A stretch of 64,000 nt of DNA from Octopus vulgaris. Its lineage: Eukaryota. The translations under genes were made by a program, and so were the position numbers. Below are positions 13,620-26,886 of the stretch, in pieces. The stretch spans positions 67,332,001-67,396,000 of the forward strand of contig OX597828.1 of the NCBI GenBank assembly GCA_951406725.2, written 5' to 3'. The stretch's first letter is position 1. Each line of letters begins with the position of its first letter. The notes below the pieces were generated by a model. The model worked only from the letters and a program-made list of their open reading frames with translations. It was not told the DNA's origin and did no database searches.

Positions 13620-14040
13620 ACTTCTCTTCAGTCCTTCATCTTTTCACCCCTCTCTCTTTCCCTCCTCTTCTTCCCTCTTCCCCTTCTATCTTTCTCTCCT
13701 CTCCCTCACTCCCCTTCTATCCCCTCCTCTTCTCCTCTCCTTCCTTCTCACCCTCTCCCACTCCCCCTTCCCTCTCCTCTCATTCCTTTCCCCTCCCTTC
13801 CCTCTCTCCCCACCTTCCCTCTCTCCTCTCCTCTCCTTCCTTCTTTCCCCCTAACCTCATCTCTCCTCCCTCCTCCTCACCTCTCCCCTCATCTCCTCTT
13901 TCCCCTCTCCCCATATTATATCCCCTCTCCCCCTCCTCCACTCCTCCCTCTATCTTCTCTCCCCCTTTCACTCTCCCCACAATCCCCACTCTACCCCAAC
14001 CCCCAGCCGAACCCACCCCCATGGACTTTCCCCACCTCCC
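13620..14040. repeat. Low-complexity polypyrimidine (C/T) tract
   Basis: Directly visible; similar tracts at 38635-38997 and 43620-43835. Confidence 0.85.
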
Positions 14041-14229
14041 ACCACACTACACTACACTACACCATACGACATTACACATCACATCATACATATATACACA
14101 CGTCCAGACCTTTCATACGCACTACATACTCTCTCATACACACACGCACCCTTATGTTGGGGTGAGGTCATTTGACCTTGTTATCTCCCCTTCTATCCCT
14201 CTTGCGTCTAACTTCTGATCTCTGACTTC

Positions 14230-14458
14230 TGGCCGAAATCAGACCGCCATGTTGATTCGTTTGCTCCTGCACGCATTTTTTTCTCTCTCCTTGTTTCTCT
14301 CCGTGTTTCTTTTCTGTGTATCTTTCTGTTGAAGAGCGTAGGCTCGAAACGTAAAAGACTTGTTTTATTTATATTCCTGAGCGCCATACTAATACAATTG
14401 TTTGTTTGTATTCCACCTGCCTTCGTCTTTTGTTTATTTTCGTAAAGCTTCCTGTTAT
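14230..14458 (+). mobile_element. Penelope-like terminal-repeat fragment containing a hammerhead-like motif (14321-14358)
   Basis: TCTTT-CTGTTGA-A-GAGC-gtag-GCTC-GAAA-CG-TA-AAAGA, followed by ttcctgagcg..aatac..ttcca shared with 59900-60095; ends in TATA. Confidence 0.6.
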
Positions 14459-14469
14459 ATATATAGATA

Positions 14470-14707
14470 TGTTTGTTCCTTCGCGAGCCACGCCTGACTC
14501 ATAAGGGACGGTTTCCTTGCCGTATAGGTTCCTCACCTGGAAGGTCCGTCGCAGGTGAGCTGCAAGAGGGGAGAGTGAGAGAAGGTTGTGGCGCTTAGGT
14601 GTTTCTCTCATAAACAAGCACATCACCCGCTCAATAAACACACACAACGAAACCGCGATCCTCCGACCGCGAGTCCGCTGCCCTAACCATTGGGCCATGG
14701 CGCCTCC
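14470..14707 (-). mobile_element. SINE family A with tail type 2
   Basis: Same tRNA head as 8443-8804, but the tail reads ..caaggaaaccgtcccttatgagtcaggcgtggctcgcgaaggaacaaac. Confidence 0.8.
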
Positions 14708-14859
14708 ACTGCTGTTGATGTTGTATTTGTCGTATTCATTGTTGATGTTCCCGATGTTCTTGCAATCATTGTTGCTTACTGTTTTGTGGGGGCCTCCGTT
14801 AATTCCGTTGGAGTTCTTGCTGGCAACTGCAATTGGTTTCGCCACATTCATATTTTTGT

Positions 14860-15750
14860 TGTTGTAGATGATGATGATGATGTTGACGATGCTGGTGATG
14901 ATGATGAGGAGGAGAAGGAGAGGAGAAGGAAGAGAATGAGAAGGAGGAGGTGATGAGAAGATGGATGATTATGATGATAATGATGATGTTGATGTAGATG
15001 ATGATACAACTGTTGCCACTGCTGTTGTTGATGTTGTTGTTACTACTGCTGCTGATGGTGGTGGTGGTGGTTCTGATTGTTCATGATGATGACGATGGTG
15101 ATGATGATAATGATGATAATGATGATGGTGATGATAATGCTGCTGCTGCTGATGATGATGATGATGGTGATGATAAAGATGATACTATTGACAGTATTCG
15201 TCATGATGTTGTGCTCATCGTGATGTTGTTGTTGTGTCCATGGTAGTGATGATGATAAGGAGGAGGGAGGCAAGGAGGAGGAGGATGCGGAAGAAGAAGA
15301 GGAAGATGGTAATAACTATGATGATGATGATGATGATGAAGATAGTGATGTTATTGGTACTATTTGTGCTCACGACGGTGTTGATGACAACAACAACAAC
15401 GACGATGAAAATGATCATGGTGATGATGATGATGATGACGATGATGACGATGATGACGACAGTGATGAGGGCGGTGATATCGATGTTGTTGTTAATAATG
15501 GTGATGATGATGGTTACGATGATGATGATGGTGGTGACGACGACGACGACAATGATAATAGCGATGATGGTGGTTGTGGTACCGATACCGAAGCTGCCAT
15601 TGAATATGATGCTACTGCTGCTGCTGCCGTTGCTGCTGCTGCTGCTTTTGCTGCTTCTGGTGCTGATATTGTTGTTGTTGTTGTTATTGTTGTTGTTGTT
15701 ACTGCAGTCGCCATTGCCGTTGTGGTCGTCGTCGTCGTCGTCGTCATCGT
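14860..15750. repeat. Degenerate trinucleotide (GAT/GTT/GGT/GAG) low-complexity region
   Basis: Directly visible. Confidence 0.85.
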
Positions 15751-16299
15751 TTCAATTATCTTTATGGCGTATATATAAAAGACAATTTTTTTCTTCTTCT
15801 CTTGCCTTCTCCTCCATTTGATGTGTCCATTGTGTTGTGAAAGTTGAAGCAAGTACAAACTGATGTGATGAAGGGTTGGTACCTATTACAGAAGCGTGGA
15901 GTGCGTTGGGGGGGGGGCGATTGGGGAGGGGCGATGGTGGCAGTTAAAGAGCATAATTCACCTGAATATTCTTGCCATCAATTACTACTAATGTGAACTT
16001 TCTTACACACGCCGACTCACAGGAACGCCTCCCCACCCATATATATATATATACATATCTACTTATATATGCATATACATACATACATATATACATACAC
16101 AAATATAGATGTATACATATAAGCATATATAAATTTATATATATATACATGCACAAACATACATATGAATGTATATACGTATGTATGTATATCAATGTAT
16201 ATATATATATACATATATATATATATGCTTATAGGCTTGTTTATATATACAAAAATATAATGATATACAAATATAGATGTATACATATAGGCATTTATA

Positions 16300-16345
<46 letters not shown>

Positions 16346-16408
16346 TATACATATATATACATATACATGCACATACATATATATGAATGTATGTACGTAT
16401 GTATATCA

Positions 16409-16457
<49 letters not shown>

Positions 16458-17195
16458 TACATATATATATGTGCTTATAGGCTTGTTTATATATACAAAA
16501 ATATAATGATATATAAATACGTATGTGTGAACGTATCCATACTTTTTCATGATTTTAAATATTTAAATTATATTTTCCTTCTTTTCCACAGATTCATTTC
16601 GTTGATTATATGATTTTTTTCCCCCCTTTCATTTCTCCTAGATGGTGAATTATATTAACCCTGTGCTGCCATAGTATTTCCTACGACGCAGTCGCCTGTA
16701 AAATATGGATGCATTCAGATTGGAAACCCATCTTGTCTTTGTCCTCCTTTATAAACATCCATTAAATTAATGAACTTACAGTTTTTTCATATGTGTGTGT
16801 GTGTGTCTGTGTCTGTCTGTCTGTGTACATTACATACATATGTACGTAATGCATTATCAAGCGGTTGAGTGGGGAGAAACACAAACACAGACATTCACAC
16901 GCACATGCGCACATACACACTCACACACACATACACACTCATACACACATACACACTCACACACACATACACACTCACACACACATACACACTCACACAC
17001 ATGTGTGTGTGTGTGTATTTATATATATATCATGGAAAAATTGTGCAAGATGTATAAATAGATGATGTGTATAGCGCCGGCACAGGTTAGGTTTCCTGGT
17101 GTTGTACCCGAAGAAGCCCAGAACGACGGGTCGAAACGTGTTGCATGTTGCACTTAAAAAAATTCGAATGCACATCCCATCGCCTATTTTATTAA

Positions 17196-17232
<37 letters not shown>

Positions 17233-17235
<3 letters not shown>

Positions 17236-17544
17236 TGGTGGAAGCACTCCGATGAGGGTTCCGGTTGACCCGAATCAACGGAACAGCCTGCTCGTGAAAT
17301 TAACGTGTAAGTGGCTGAGCACTCCACAGACATGTGTACCCTTAACGTAGTTCTCGGGGATATTCAGCGTGACACAGAGAGTGACAAGGCCGGCCCCTAC
17401 AACAGAAACAGGAAGTAAGAGTGAGAGAAAGTTGTGGTGAAAGAGTACAGCAGGGATCACCACCAACCCCGCCCGGTCTGGGAATTGAAACCACGATCCT
17501 ACGACTGCGAGTCCGCTGCCCTAACCTCTGGGCCATTGCGCCTC

Positions 17545-17545
<1 letters not shown>
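17233..17545 (-). mobile_element. SINE family A with tail type 3
   Basis: Same head and CT-rich body; tail reads ..ggccggccttgtcactctctgtgtcacgctgaatatccccgagaactacg..ggagtgcttccaccacca. Confidence 0.8.
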
Positions 17546-17580
<35 letters not shown>

Positions 17581-17613
17581 CATGCATACATATGTACATA
17601 TATATATATACAC

Positions 17614-17646
<33 letters not shown>

Positions 17647-18255
17647 TGTATGTATGTATGTATGTACATATATACATACATATAAACAAGGTGGAAAGAA
17701 GGTGTAGTATCTCCTGCAGTATGGATGTGTTAACCTTTACACTAAAGCAACATGAAAAACTGTTTCCGTCAAAGTTAGTAGACTTTAGCTAAATACTCAA
17801 GATTGCACATGCCAGTGGCCCGGCAAAAGAAACTAAAAATATATGATATTTTATGTGCGTGCTGGAAGATTTGCTCGTATATATATATATATATATATGT
17901 ATGTGAGTGTGTATTTTCTGGAAGGTTTGTTCACATTACTTATTTCGTATGAAGAGAAGATATCGGAGGTGATCGTACGGAACTACTCCTCTCTCTCTCT
18001 CTCTCTCTCTCTCAATACCGCACATCAAATAGAATTTATGAGTTTCTTTTTTTTTATGAATACGTTGTTTACTTAAATATTAAAACCATAAATAAAGATT
18101 TCCTCTTCCTTCTACTCAGACTCAAACGCTTATGTATGACCAAAGTTTACGCCATATTCCCGTTCGTATAATGAGCTTGTGAGCAGTGAAAAAGAATTGC
18201 ACCATAGGAGTGTGTATGTATGTTTGTGTGTCTCTCCCACTGTGTATGTGTGTGC

Positions 18256-18304
<49 letters not shown>

Positions 18305-18309
18305 GTATA

Positions 18310-18422
<113 letters not shown>

Positions 18423-18493
18423 CACGCGCGTGTATTTGTATGTGTGCGTGTGCGTGTGTGTGCGCGTTTGTGAGTGTATATATGTATGTATAT

Positions 18494-18560
<67 letters not shown>

Positions 18561-18879
18561 TGTATGTATATATATATATATATACATACATACATACTCA
18601 CACACACACACATACAAGCATACATACACATACATCTATATATTTCAATTTTTGTATTTTTGTTATTCTATTTATATAAATATATACATGTGTGTGTGAG
18701 AATGCGTGTATGTGTGCATGTGTGTGTACGTGCACGCGTGTATATGTGTGTGCATGCGAGCACGTGTGTATGCATGCGTGCGTGTGTGTACGAGATGCTC
18801 CATATATATTTATACGTCTTTATAGTTAAAAGGTTTTTCTCTTTTCTATGAAACTTTAAGGAACAAATTAAATGATTTT

Positions 18880-19145
18880 TTTTTTCAATTCTTGACTATA
18901 TCTGAAGTTGGAATAATTAATTTTAAATAAAACTACCGCTAAAGCTTTTAAAAAATCTTCATACGTTTACTACATATTTTAGTATTTTTTTCATACTTAT
19001 TAGCAATTTTTAGAATTTTTCTTTTTATTCTATTTATATCCATATTTATGTTATTTCTTTTACTTTTAAGTAACTTTGCATAAATGGACTGCCTGATAAT
19101 GATGATGCTTCTTAATGTTGCGAAGAGTAATACTTTCTTGTCCAT
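18880..19145 (-). pseudogene. Possible degenerate Penelope-like ORF N-terminus
   Basis: ILKIANKYEKNTKICSKRMKIF*..LIIPT loosely fits the Penelope N-terminal pattern YEKxxxKxxxxxxxxxFLxxC....IIP. Confidence 0.25.
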
Positions 19146-19495
19146 ATTCTACTAAATTCCGCTCTGCGACATGTTTGTGTCTTGAACAAGAAAGTGAAAA
19201 AAAAAAAAGAAAAAAGAAAGAAAAAAAACGAAGAAAAAGAACGCCATGATTTCCAATAACTCAGCTCTTCTCGTGATGTCTTACTTTGAAGTGAAGGTAG
19301 CACGCTGCTGCCAATATGAAAACAGATTTTGAAAAATAAAATAAAACAAAATATAAATATTAAAAAAAAAGCAACTAAAGGAAAATGGTTTGGGTAAATA
19401 TATTATTTAACGGAGTTCATCATCTTCATCAACGTCATGATCATGATCATCATGATCATCATCATCCTCATCTTCTTCTTCTTCTTCTTCTTCTT

Positions 19496-19611
<116 letters not shown>

Positions 19612-19626
19612 TATTATTATTATTAC

Positions 19627-19663
<37 letters not shown>

Positions 19664-19689
19664 ATTATTATTATTTAACTCATTGGCTA

Positions 19690-20520
19690 CCAACAACACT
19701 TGATAACGCCTCCAATAATATGTGTAATAGGTTTCTTTTATAATAAGTTGAAATTTAAATTTAAAAACCGCTCCATCATTTTTATAAGAACCATTTGTTT
19801 AATTATATTCCAAACATCCAGCTTGATAATGAATATTAAGTTATTATGCTCTATTAAGTCTCCTCCACTGGAAAAATTCTTGATTAATTCCAAAATTAAT
19901 CGATGCACATAGGCAATTTATAATTATGGAAGAGTTACTGGATAACCTTTATATGACTATATTTCCAATAAATTACAGATTAAATTTCAATTAATTTTGA
20001 AAATATTTCATGATTTGGAAGGATTTAGTAAAATATATATTTCTTTCGTTGTATGGTGTTTCAATTATTAAAAAAGTTCTTATTAAATGTTCTTATTCAA
20101 AATTATAATTGTTGGTTAGAATTTGAATGTGAACATTTTAAAATGAGACGTCTTGCAGATATAGAATTAAAGAAAGTGTTAAGCAAATATATAGCAAAAT
20201 GATTAATGGCTATATATTCCTCTTGTTAAATATTATGGTAACGACTTTTCAAAGACTTATAAAAGTACATGAAGTATTAATGCAAAGTGGATAAGATTTC
20301 AAAATACTTACTCTGAAGTCAATATTTAAATTTTCTATAATCATTTTGCTGACTCTCTGGACAATATTGAACACTTTGTTCTATATGGCCACAACCCATA
20401 TAGATACTACCAAGATTACTTGTAAGAATTCTTGAAAAAAACTTCTGTATCATCCAATTCTTATCCTTGTGGCAAATCTATAAACGTGAGGTTAGTATGT
20501 GCTCATTTAGTCATGTCTAT
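19690..20520 (-). pseudogene. Possible degenerate Penelope-like RT remnant
   Basis: Fragments TFISL*KV and ILTNNYNFE (compare ILENNYFEF); many stops. Confidence 0.25.
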
Positions 20521-21425
20521 TATTCTTCTTTCACCCACTTTTTATATATTTTACTGGAGAAAAGCACCTCCTTTTCTGCCCTCACCATCTCCTGTGATAC
20601 TTGAAGAAGCTCATAGGGGATTTTTCTGAGAGGAATGCTTCGTCCTCAAGACATTCAGCCCCGAGCACCATATAATTTCCTATGTCATATCTTCGGATAG
20701 AAGAGACTTGTTTAGCTTTCATTACCGAAGGAAGATTCTGGTTCGAACTCCATGCCAGATTTGGCTGATAGCGGTAGGCATCAAGCATGTGTTAGCAGCT
20801 TTTCGATATAAACCAACAAATCAACATTGCATTCATCTCACAAAGTTTGTTTGCGGGCAACTAAAACACGGCCATAACTGTAGGGCTCATCCCGAACAGA
20901 TAATACCCTCTATGGCATTGCCAAGCCAAACGATTTTGAAAATGTCCATAATATACATTAAGAATGCCTTCGAGATGAGACTACCTAGTATCTCCACATA
21001 TTCTCCATAAATCCTTCTTCTATAATATGTCAGCATAGGTGACCACGTGATCTAGTTTATAGGCTGCACTGCATGTTACATAACACTTCAGATGCTAAAA
21101 GCCCATTCTCGCCTTGCACTTGAGTTAGTACTTCAGCTCGGTCAAAAGAAAGAGTTGCAGAGCTGTATACGACACAAAGTATGACTATAGCTGCTTGGCA
21201 TCGCCCAAGACGCACTGACGAAGTACCATATTCAGTAAGGATCCGTTTCTGCGTTAGTGTATATGTGGCCTGCTCGCTTAGCCAGCGGGGTGGCGTCATT
21301 TGAAGGCCCAAACAATGCAAAGTGCATTGTGACCAGCGATGCGTAACAACATCTGATAGCCTGGTCGGTCACATGATGATGATGATGATGATGATGATGT
21401 ATATATATAATATTGTATTTGCGTG

Positions 21426-21477
<52 letters not shown>

Positions 21478-21481
<4 letters not shown>

Positions 21482-21801
21482 TCAGTGGTTAGAGCGTCGA
21501 GCTTACGATCGTGAGGTTGTGAGCTCGAATCCCGGACCGGGCTGCATGTTGTGTTCTTGAGCAAGGCACTTTATTTCACGTTGCACCAGTTCACTCAGCT
21601 GCAGAAATGAGTTGCGACGTCACAGGTGCCAAGCTGTATCGACCTTTGTCTTTCCCTTGGATAACACTGGTGGCGTGGAGAGGGGAGGCTGGTATGCATG
21701 GGCGACTGCTGGCCTTCCATAAACAACTTTGCCCGGACTTGTGTCTAGGAGGGTAACTTTCTAGGTGCAATCCCATGGTCATTCATGACCGAAGGGGGTC
21801 T
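21478..21801 (+). mobile_element. SINE family E, full length
   Basis: tggctcagtggttagagcg..gagctcgaatcc head; ttcttgagcaaggcacttta core; homologous to 1957-2286. Confidence 0.9.
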
Positions 21802-22892
21802 AAGAATATATATAGTACTGTATTTCACTATCAAGGAGCCATCCTCTTATGCGAGGAAATTATTTCAGTATTCGAGTGATTAAACTTGTCCCGATTGCAT
21901 GCAGTGGAATGTCTGACTATCGGGGAGCTAAACTCTGATATCTTGACATCAACGTGATCAAACCTTCTCAAATGCTTCATTAAATAAAACATCATTTTGA
22001 TAGAGCAACCAAACTTATAGTAATGTTATAGGTAGTAAATTTGTCGATCTTTGAGAACCAGGGTCCTTCTAATAATTTTTTTAGATCTGTAACTATTCTC
22101 TTGTTATTTATGTTAAATCTTCTCATCGAACCGTTCTAATCTCTATCAAGCACTCATCTGTTTTTAAATTGGAAACCAAATGTTTTTAAGTTCTAAAGAG
22201 TCTGTAAGCCTCTTTGTTAAATTATTTTTCATTATCATAGAGCCTCTGTTAAAAATAGCCGTCTAATCTACCTCAATTTACACTCGGCTGTCTTAAACGA
22301 GAAGACAAGATTTCATATAATACTAGATATATCATGGCTTGTGTAAGGGAACGGATGGTCATGGCCGATCTGTTTTTGATGAGAGTTCCGCTTGATCAGC
22401 AAAGTAACAACAGTCAACACAAGATAATTATAGACACCATTTAACTAGTTCATGTCACAGATCTGACATAAATTTCCATGGGTCGGTTTAACCGTAGCTA
22501 TCTCTCCACAGTGACTTCGTGAATGGTTGCTGTACAATTTACTCAAGAACTCATTTCTTTTCTGTCGCCATCATTGTCGTCTCTCTTTCTCTCTTTCACT
22601 CTCTCTCTCTCCATCTCCATCTGCCAATAATGTTTTGTTTGCTACTTTTTTGTTTTGCATTTTAATTGTTTCAGTGTTTGGTCATGTTAGGGCACTCTTT
22701 TGAAGTCTTCAGTTCAACAAATCGACCTCACTTCTAAGTTTTAAAGTTAAGTACTTACTTATATTATTGGTGCCTTTCCCGAACCAGTGAGTTACGGGGA
22801 CGTAAGCAAATCAACACCGCTTCCAAGCGGGGCGGGGGCAGTAACAAGCTCACACATTCATACATACATACATACATACATACATACATACA

Positions 22893-22976
<84 letters not shown>

Positions 22977-24877
22977 GCAAGAACGAAAATGGAGAAGAGA
23001 TTCAATTGACAAACATCAGCAAGATCTATTTATTACAACCATAGGAATAAATAAATAAATACAACTCTACTTTTACAGTTGTTTCTACTTTGGGGGTCCA
23101 GTGTGCCAAAGTTGTCACATCATACAGAACTTATATAAGAAAAAAAGTTATATAAAAATTGAACCCCAAAGTTTTATCAGAGAGTCCATAATGGCAAGAA
23201 GTAAAAAAAGTAAAAAAGTAAAGTCCAAGGTTATATCCAGAAGTTCTGAGATCACATCTTATATATATATATAATATACATTATTATACTCTTTTGCTTG
23301 TTTCGGTCATTTGACTGCGACCAAGCTGGAGCTAGAGCACCAACGAGCTTCCATACATTTTCTGCCTACCAAATTCACTCACGTGGCTATGTAGTCCTAA
23401 GAGTGCTTCTTAACCGCGCAGCCATATCAATACTTTAACTTAAAAATACAACCCTAAGTTATCCAGCAGAGGAATCTTTACGTGGTTTATCGATCTGCTA
23501 GAATTAGCAGCGAAACATTCCTTTTATATCATACCCTGCCATCTTTCAGAACATATAAGTGAGATTACTTAAGATAATGTAGTATTACTTGTAAGACTCC
23601 TGAAAAACAACCGAGTGATCACAGATGGAATACGTTTAATCATAACCCTGCTAGCTCGATCCGAACTGCACCAGAGTTAAATAACGACCTAAATTTGTCC
23701 AAAGACAGACTGGGTTAAATCAAAATTGTACGACAATAAAACTACAGTCTAAATATATTTATGGAATCGCCTGCGGGTTTCCTACTTCAGTTTGCTTCAA
23801 TAATTTCTTTAGCCAAACTTGAAACATCTGGCTTGTTTATTTAGTTTTTGTTTGTTGCATTTATATATTTATTTTTGTGTGAATTTTTATTTTTCTATTT
23901 ATTGATATTTTCTCAATTTTTTTTTCAGTTTTATTTCTATATTATTTTTTAAATAATTTACTCATTTCTTTGCGAATAGTCGTTGGAACTCATTTAATGA
24001 TTTCAAACAGTTATTATGAAAGAATTCATGCATCACGTAGCTGCAGGCTCAAATTTGAAACCTCACAAATGGATATCTTAGAATCTCCAAAGAAATCATT
24101 ACCTAAAGAACTTTCTCTTTCTGTAAACAGTCTTGGCCTTAATCGTGCTTCGAAAGAACCAAATTTCATGAAATTTCTTTCCTCCTCCTCCACCTCTCTC
24201 ACTCTCTCACTCTCTCTCTCTCTCTCTCTTTCGTTCTCTCCATTACTACCGATGATTTTCTATGCCTAGTAGATGTAATTAAGTCTTGTACAGTGTCTAC
24301 ATTTCTTCCTGAGCACAAGAAAAACAGCACCACTGTTTTTGCCATTTAGAATATTTAGATCAAAGGGTACCATTTTAAAGGTTAAATCCATTTCATGATC
24401 TTGATGCGATAAAAATAACTATATTTCTTTTTTTATTTTCTTTCTTTTTTTGTTTTTCTTTTTAATATTTTTTCTCCTTTACTTTTGAAGTTTTTCTATA
24501 AAAAAATATTTTAATGGCAGAAAAACTTTTAATATTTTCTTTTTCTTTTCTTTTCAAAAATTGGATTTTTATATTTTTTATATTTCGACATTGCCATGAG
24601 TTATTGATTTCTCGTAGTTTCTTGAAGCAGTTGGTACCTCACATCCGCAAAGTCTTCTACATATTCTGGCACAAGACACAATTTTCTTGGCGCAGGCATA
24701 GTAGACTGACTAAAACGTTTACTTGGCACACGTGTCATTCCTGGTTCGCACCACTGCTGTGTCGTTTTGGGCGTGTGTTTTTTCTTTTCAATTTTTTCTA
24801 CTTCAGCTTCTAATTAGCTGGTGTCTTGCGAGCAAAGTTTGGCAGACAAAAGCTGTGCAGAAGCCACCATATCGTGT

Positions 24878-24927
<50 letters not shown>

Positions 24928-25167
24928 CTGTGTATGTGTTTGTACTTAGTTTACCGGTATTAATTGGAGTGCCATTATCAATTTCTCCGAAAAAACGGTA
25001 CCTAACTGTTCGCCAAATAGTGATCGATAAAGTAAGTATCAGGGGTCAATATTATTTAAACACTTGAAAGCGGTGCCCCAGCATGACCACAGTTCAAAGA
25101 CTGAAACAAAAGGCAAAGAATCACATTAAGTAGAAAAATCATTATTATTATTATTATTATTATTATT

Positions 25168-25938
25168 CTATGTTTGACTTTTGCTTTATGTCTGTACAAG
25201 TTGGCTCCAAGTCTCACCCAGAGACCTCAAGAGACAACAGGTTGGAAGTTCTGTGCCATATATTTGGGGTTTTTTTTTTTTATTGTGTTGTACTAGTGAA
25301 TGTCTAATACATAAAAATAAAAAATAAATAAATAAATTTAAAAAAAAAATTAAATAAATAAACAAAAAAGTTTGTTTTAAACCTTGGGATTACATAGAGA
25401 GTATTTTGCGTAGGATATGAGCAGTTCCCATGAGCACTATCTTTTGAATTTCTGCCATTTTGGGGTTTCCTGGTATCTGAGTTAGGTAGCAATCAGTCCC
25501 TTTCGCTATCATTCCCAGGGCACCTATGACAACAGGTATTGTTTTAGTCTTCAGCTTCCACATTTTGCTGATTTCTATTTCAAGATCTTTATATTTGCTC
25601 AGTTTTTGGTAGGTCTTGACAGATACGTTTATATCGATTGGGACAGTCATATCAATGAGGAGGCATGTTCTTTGTCTGAAGTCTTTCAATATAATGTCTG
25701 GCCTATTTGCATCTATCTTCCTGTCAGTTTGAATGGTGAAGTTCCAGAGGAGTGAGATGTGGTCATTTTCAAGCACAGGAGGTGGATTGTGTTCCCACCA
25801 GTTTTTTTCATGGGGCAAATCCAGGTTTTTGCAAATTACCCAGTGAATATATTGTGCAGCTCTATCATGCCTGTTGAGGAACTCTGTAGGCGCTAGAAGA
25901 CTGCATTTGGAGACAACATGGTCAATGGTTTCATTTTA
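25168..25938 (-). mobile_element. 5'-truncated R4/Dong-like non-LTR retrotransposon (restriction-like endonuclease end) in a (TAA)n tract
   Basis: ETIDHVVSKC..RHD..IHW..LWNFTIQTDRKIDANRPDI..IDMTVP..KLSKYKDL..PVVIGALG..TAHILRKIL; TAA repeats on both sides. Confidence 0.9.
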
Positions 25939-25941
25939 TTG

Positions 25942-25994
<53 letters not shown>

Positions 25995-25995
25995 T

Positions 25996-26039
<44 letters not shown>

Positions 26040-26070
26040 TGTAGTAGTAGTAGTAGTATTGCTGTTGTTG

Positions 26071-26138
<68 letters not shown>

Positions 26139-26669
26139 GAGTGAGAGAGCAGTGCATGCCATCAAAACGACACGGGTAAAATATACGAAGCCCAGTGTAC
26201 CCGTCTGATAACGGTACACCAGACACATGCATCATAACCATATGTGCGCGTCATAGTGATCTCATATCAAGATAAACAGCGCATGACCTTGCTGGTGGGG
26301 GCCCAGCTAGAATTTTCTCCTGGTCGAGTATCCCATCCCGCTCAAACGGTCCCTGAATAAGGGTTGTTTAAGGATGTTGAGGGAAACACCCATGTTTCCA
26401 GAGGTGAATTATCCAAACCCAAAGAATTTCTCTCAACACATGGCTATGATGCTCCCCCATTACTTCTGCTTGTGATCAGAGATGCACATATCGTCAGCCA
26501 CTAAGGGACATGCTCAACTGGTTAAAGTCAAACAACTGACAAGCAAATCTGTGGTATTGAGCAGAATATTTGCTGTATCCCATCTTTTATACCAAGACAA
26601 AACAATGTATATGATAACACTTCCAATCAGTTAAGATCAGAAGCCATGAGAGCCACTGCCTGGTACTGC
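26139..26669 (-). mobile_element. Non-coding interspersed element X ending in (TAA)n
   Basis: High similarity to 33162-33545; both end ..gcactgctctctca/acactgctctctca followed by TAA repeats on the minus strand. Confidence 0.7.
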
Positions 26670-26691
26670 TGTTATCACATGTACTGCTGTT

Positions 26692-26795
<104 letters not shown>

Positions 26796-26800
26796 CATCA

Positions 26801-26883
<83 letters not shown>

Positions 26884-26886
<3 letters not shown>

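Noticed and set aside
14244-14253. YY1-like motif CGCCATGTTG as a host promoter
   Set aside because: Single short motif inside a repeat fragment, with no other support.
24600-24800. piggyBac cysteine-rich C-terminal remnant on the minus strand
   Set aside because: Cysteine spacing cannot be restored convincingly by eye.
26455-26502. CTGACGA on the minus strand of element X as a hammerhead
   Set aside because: No stem II followed by GAAA.
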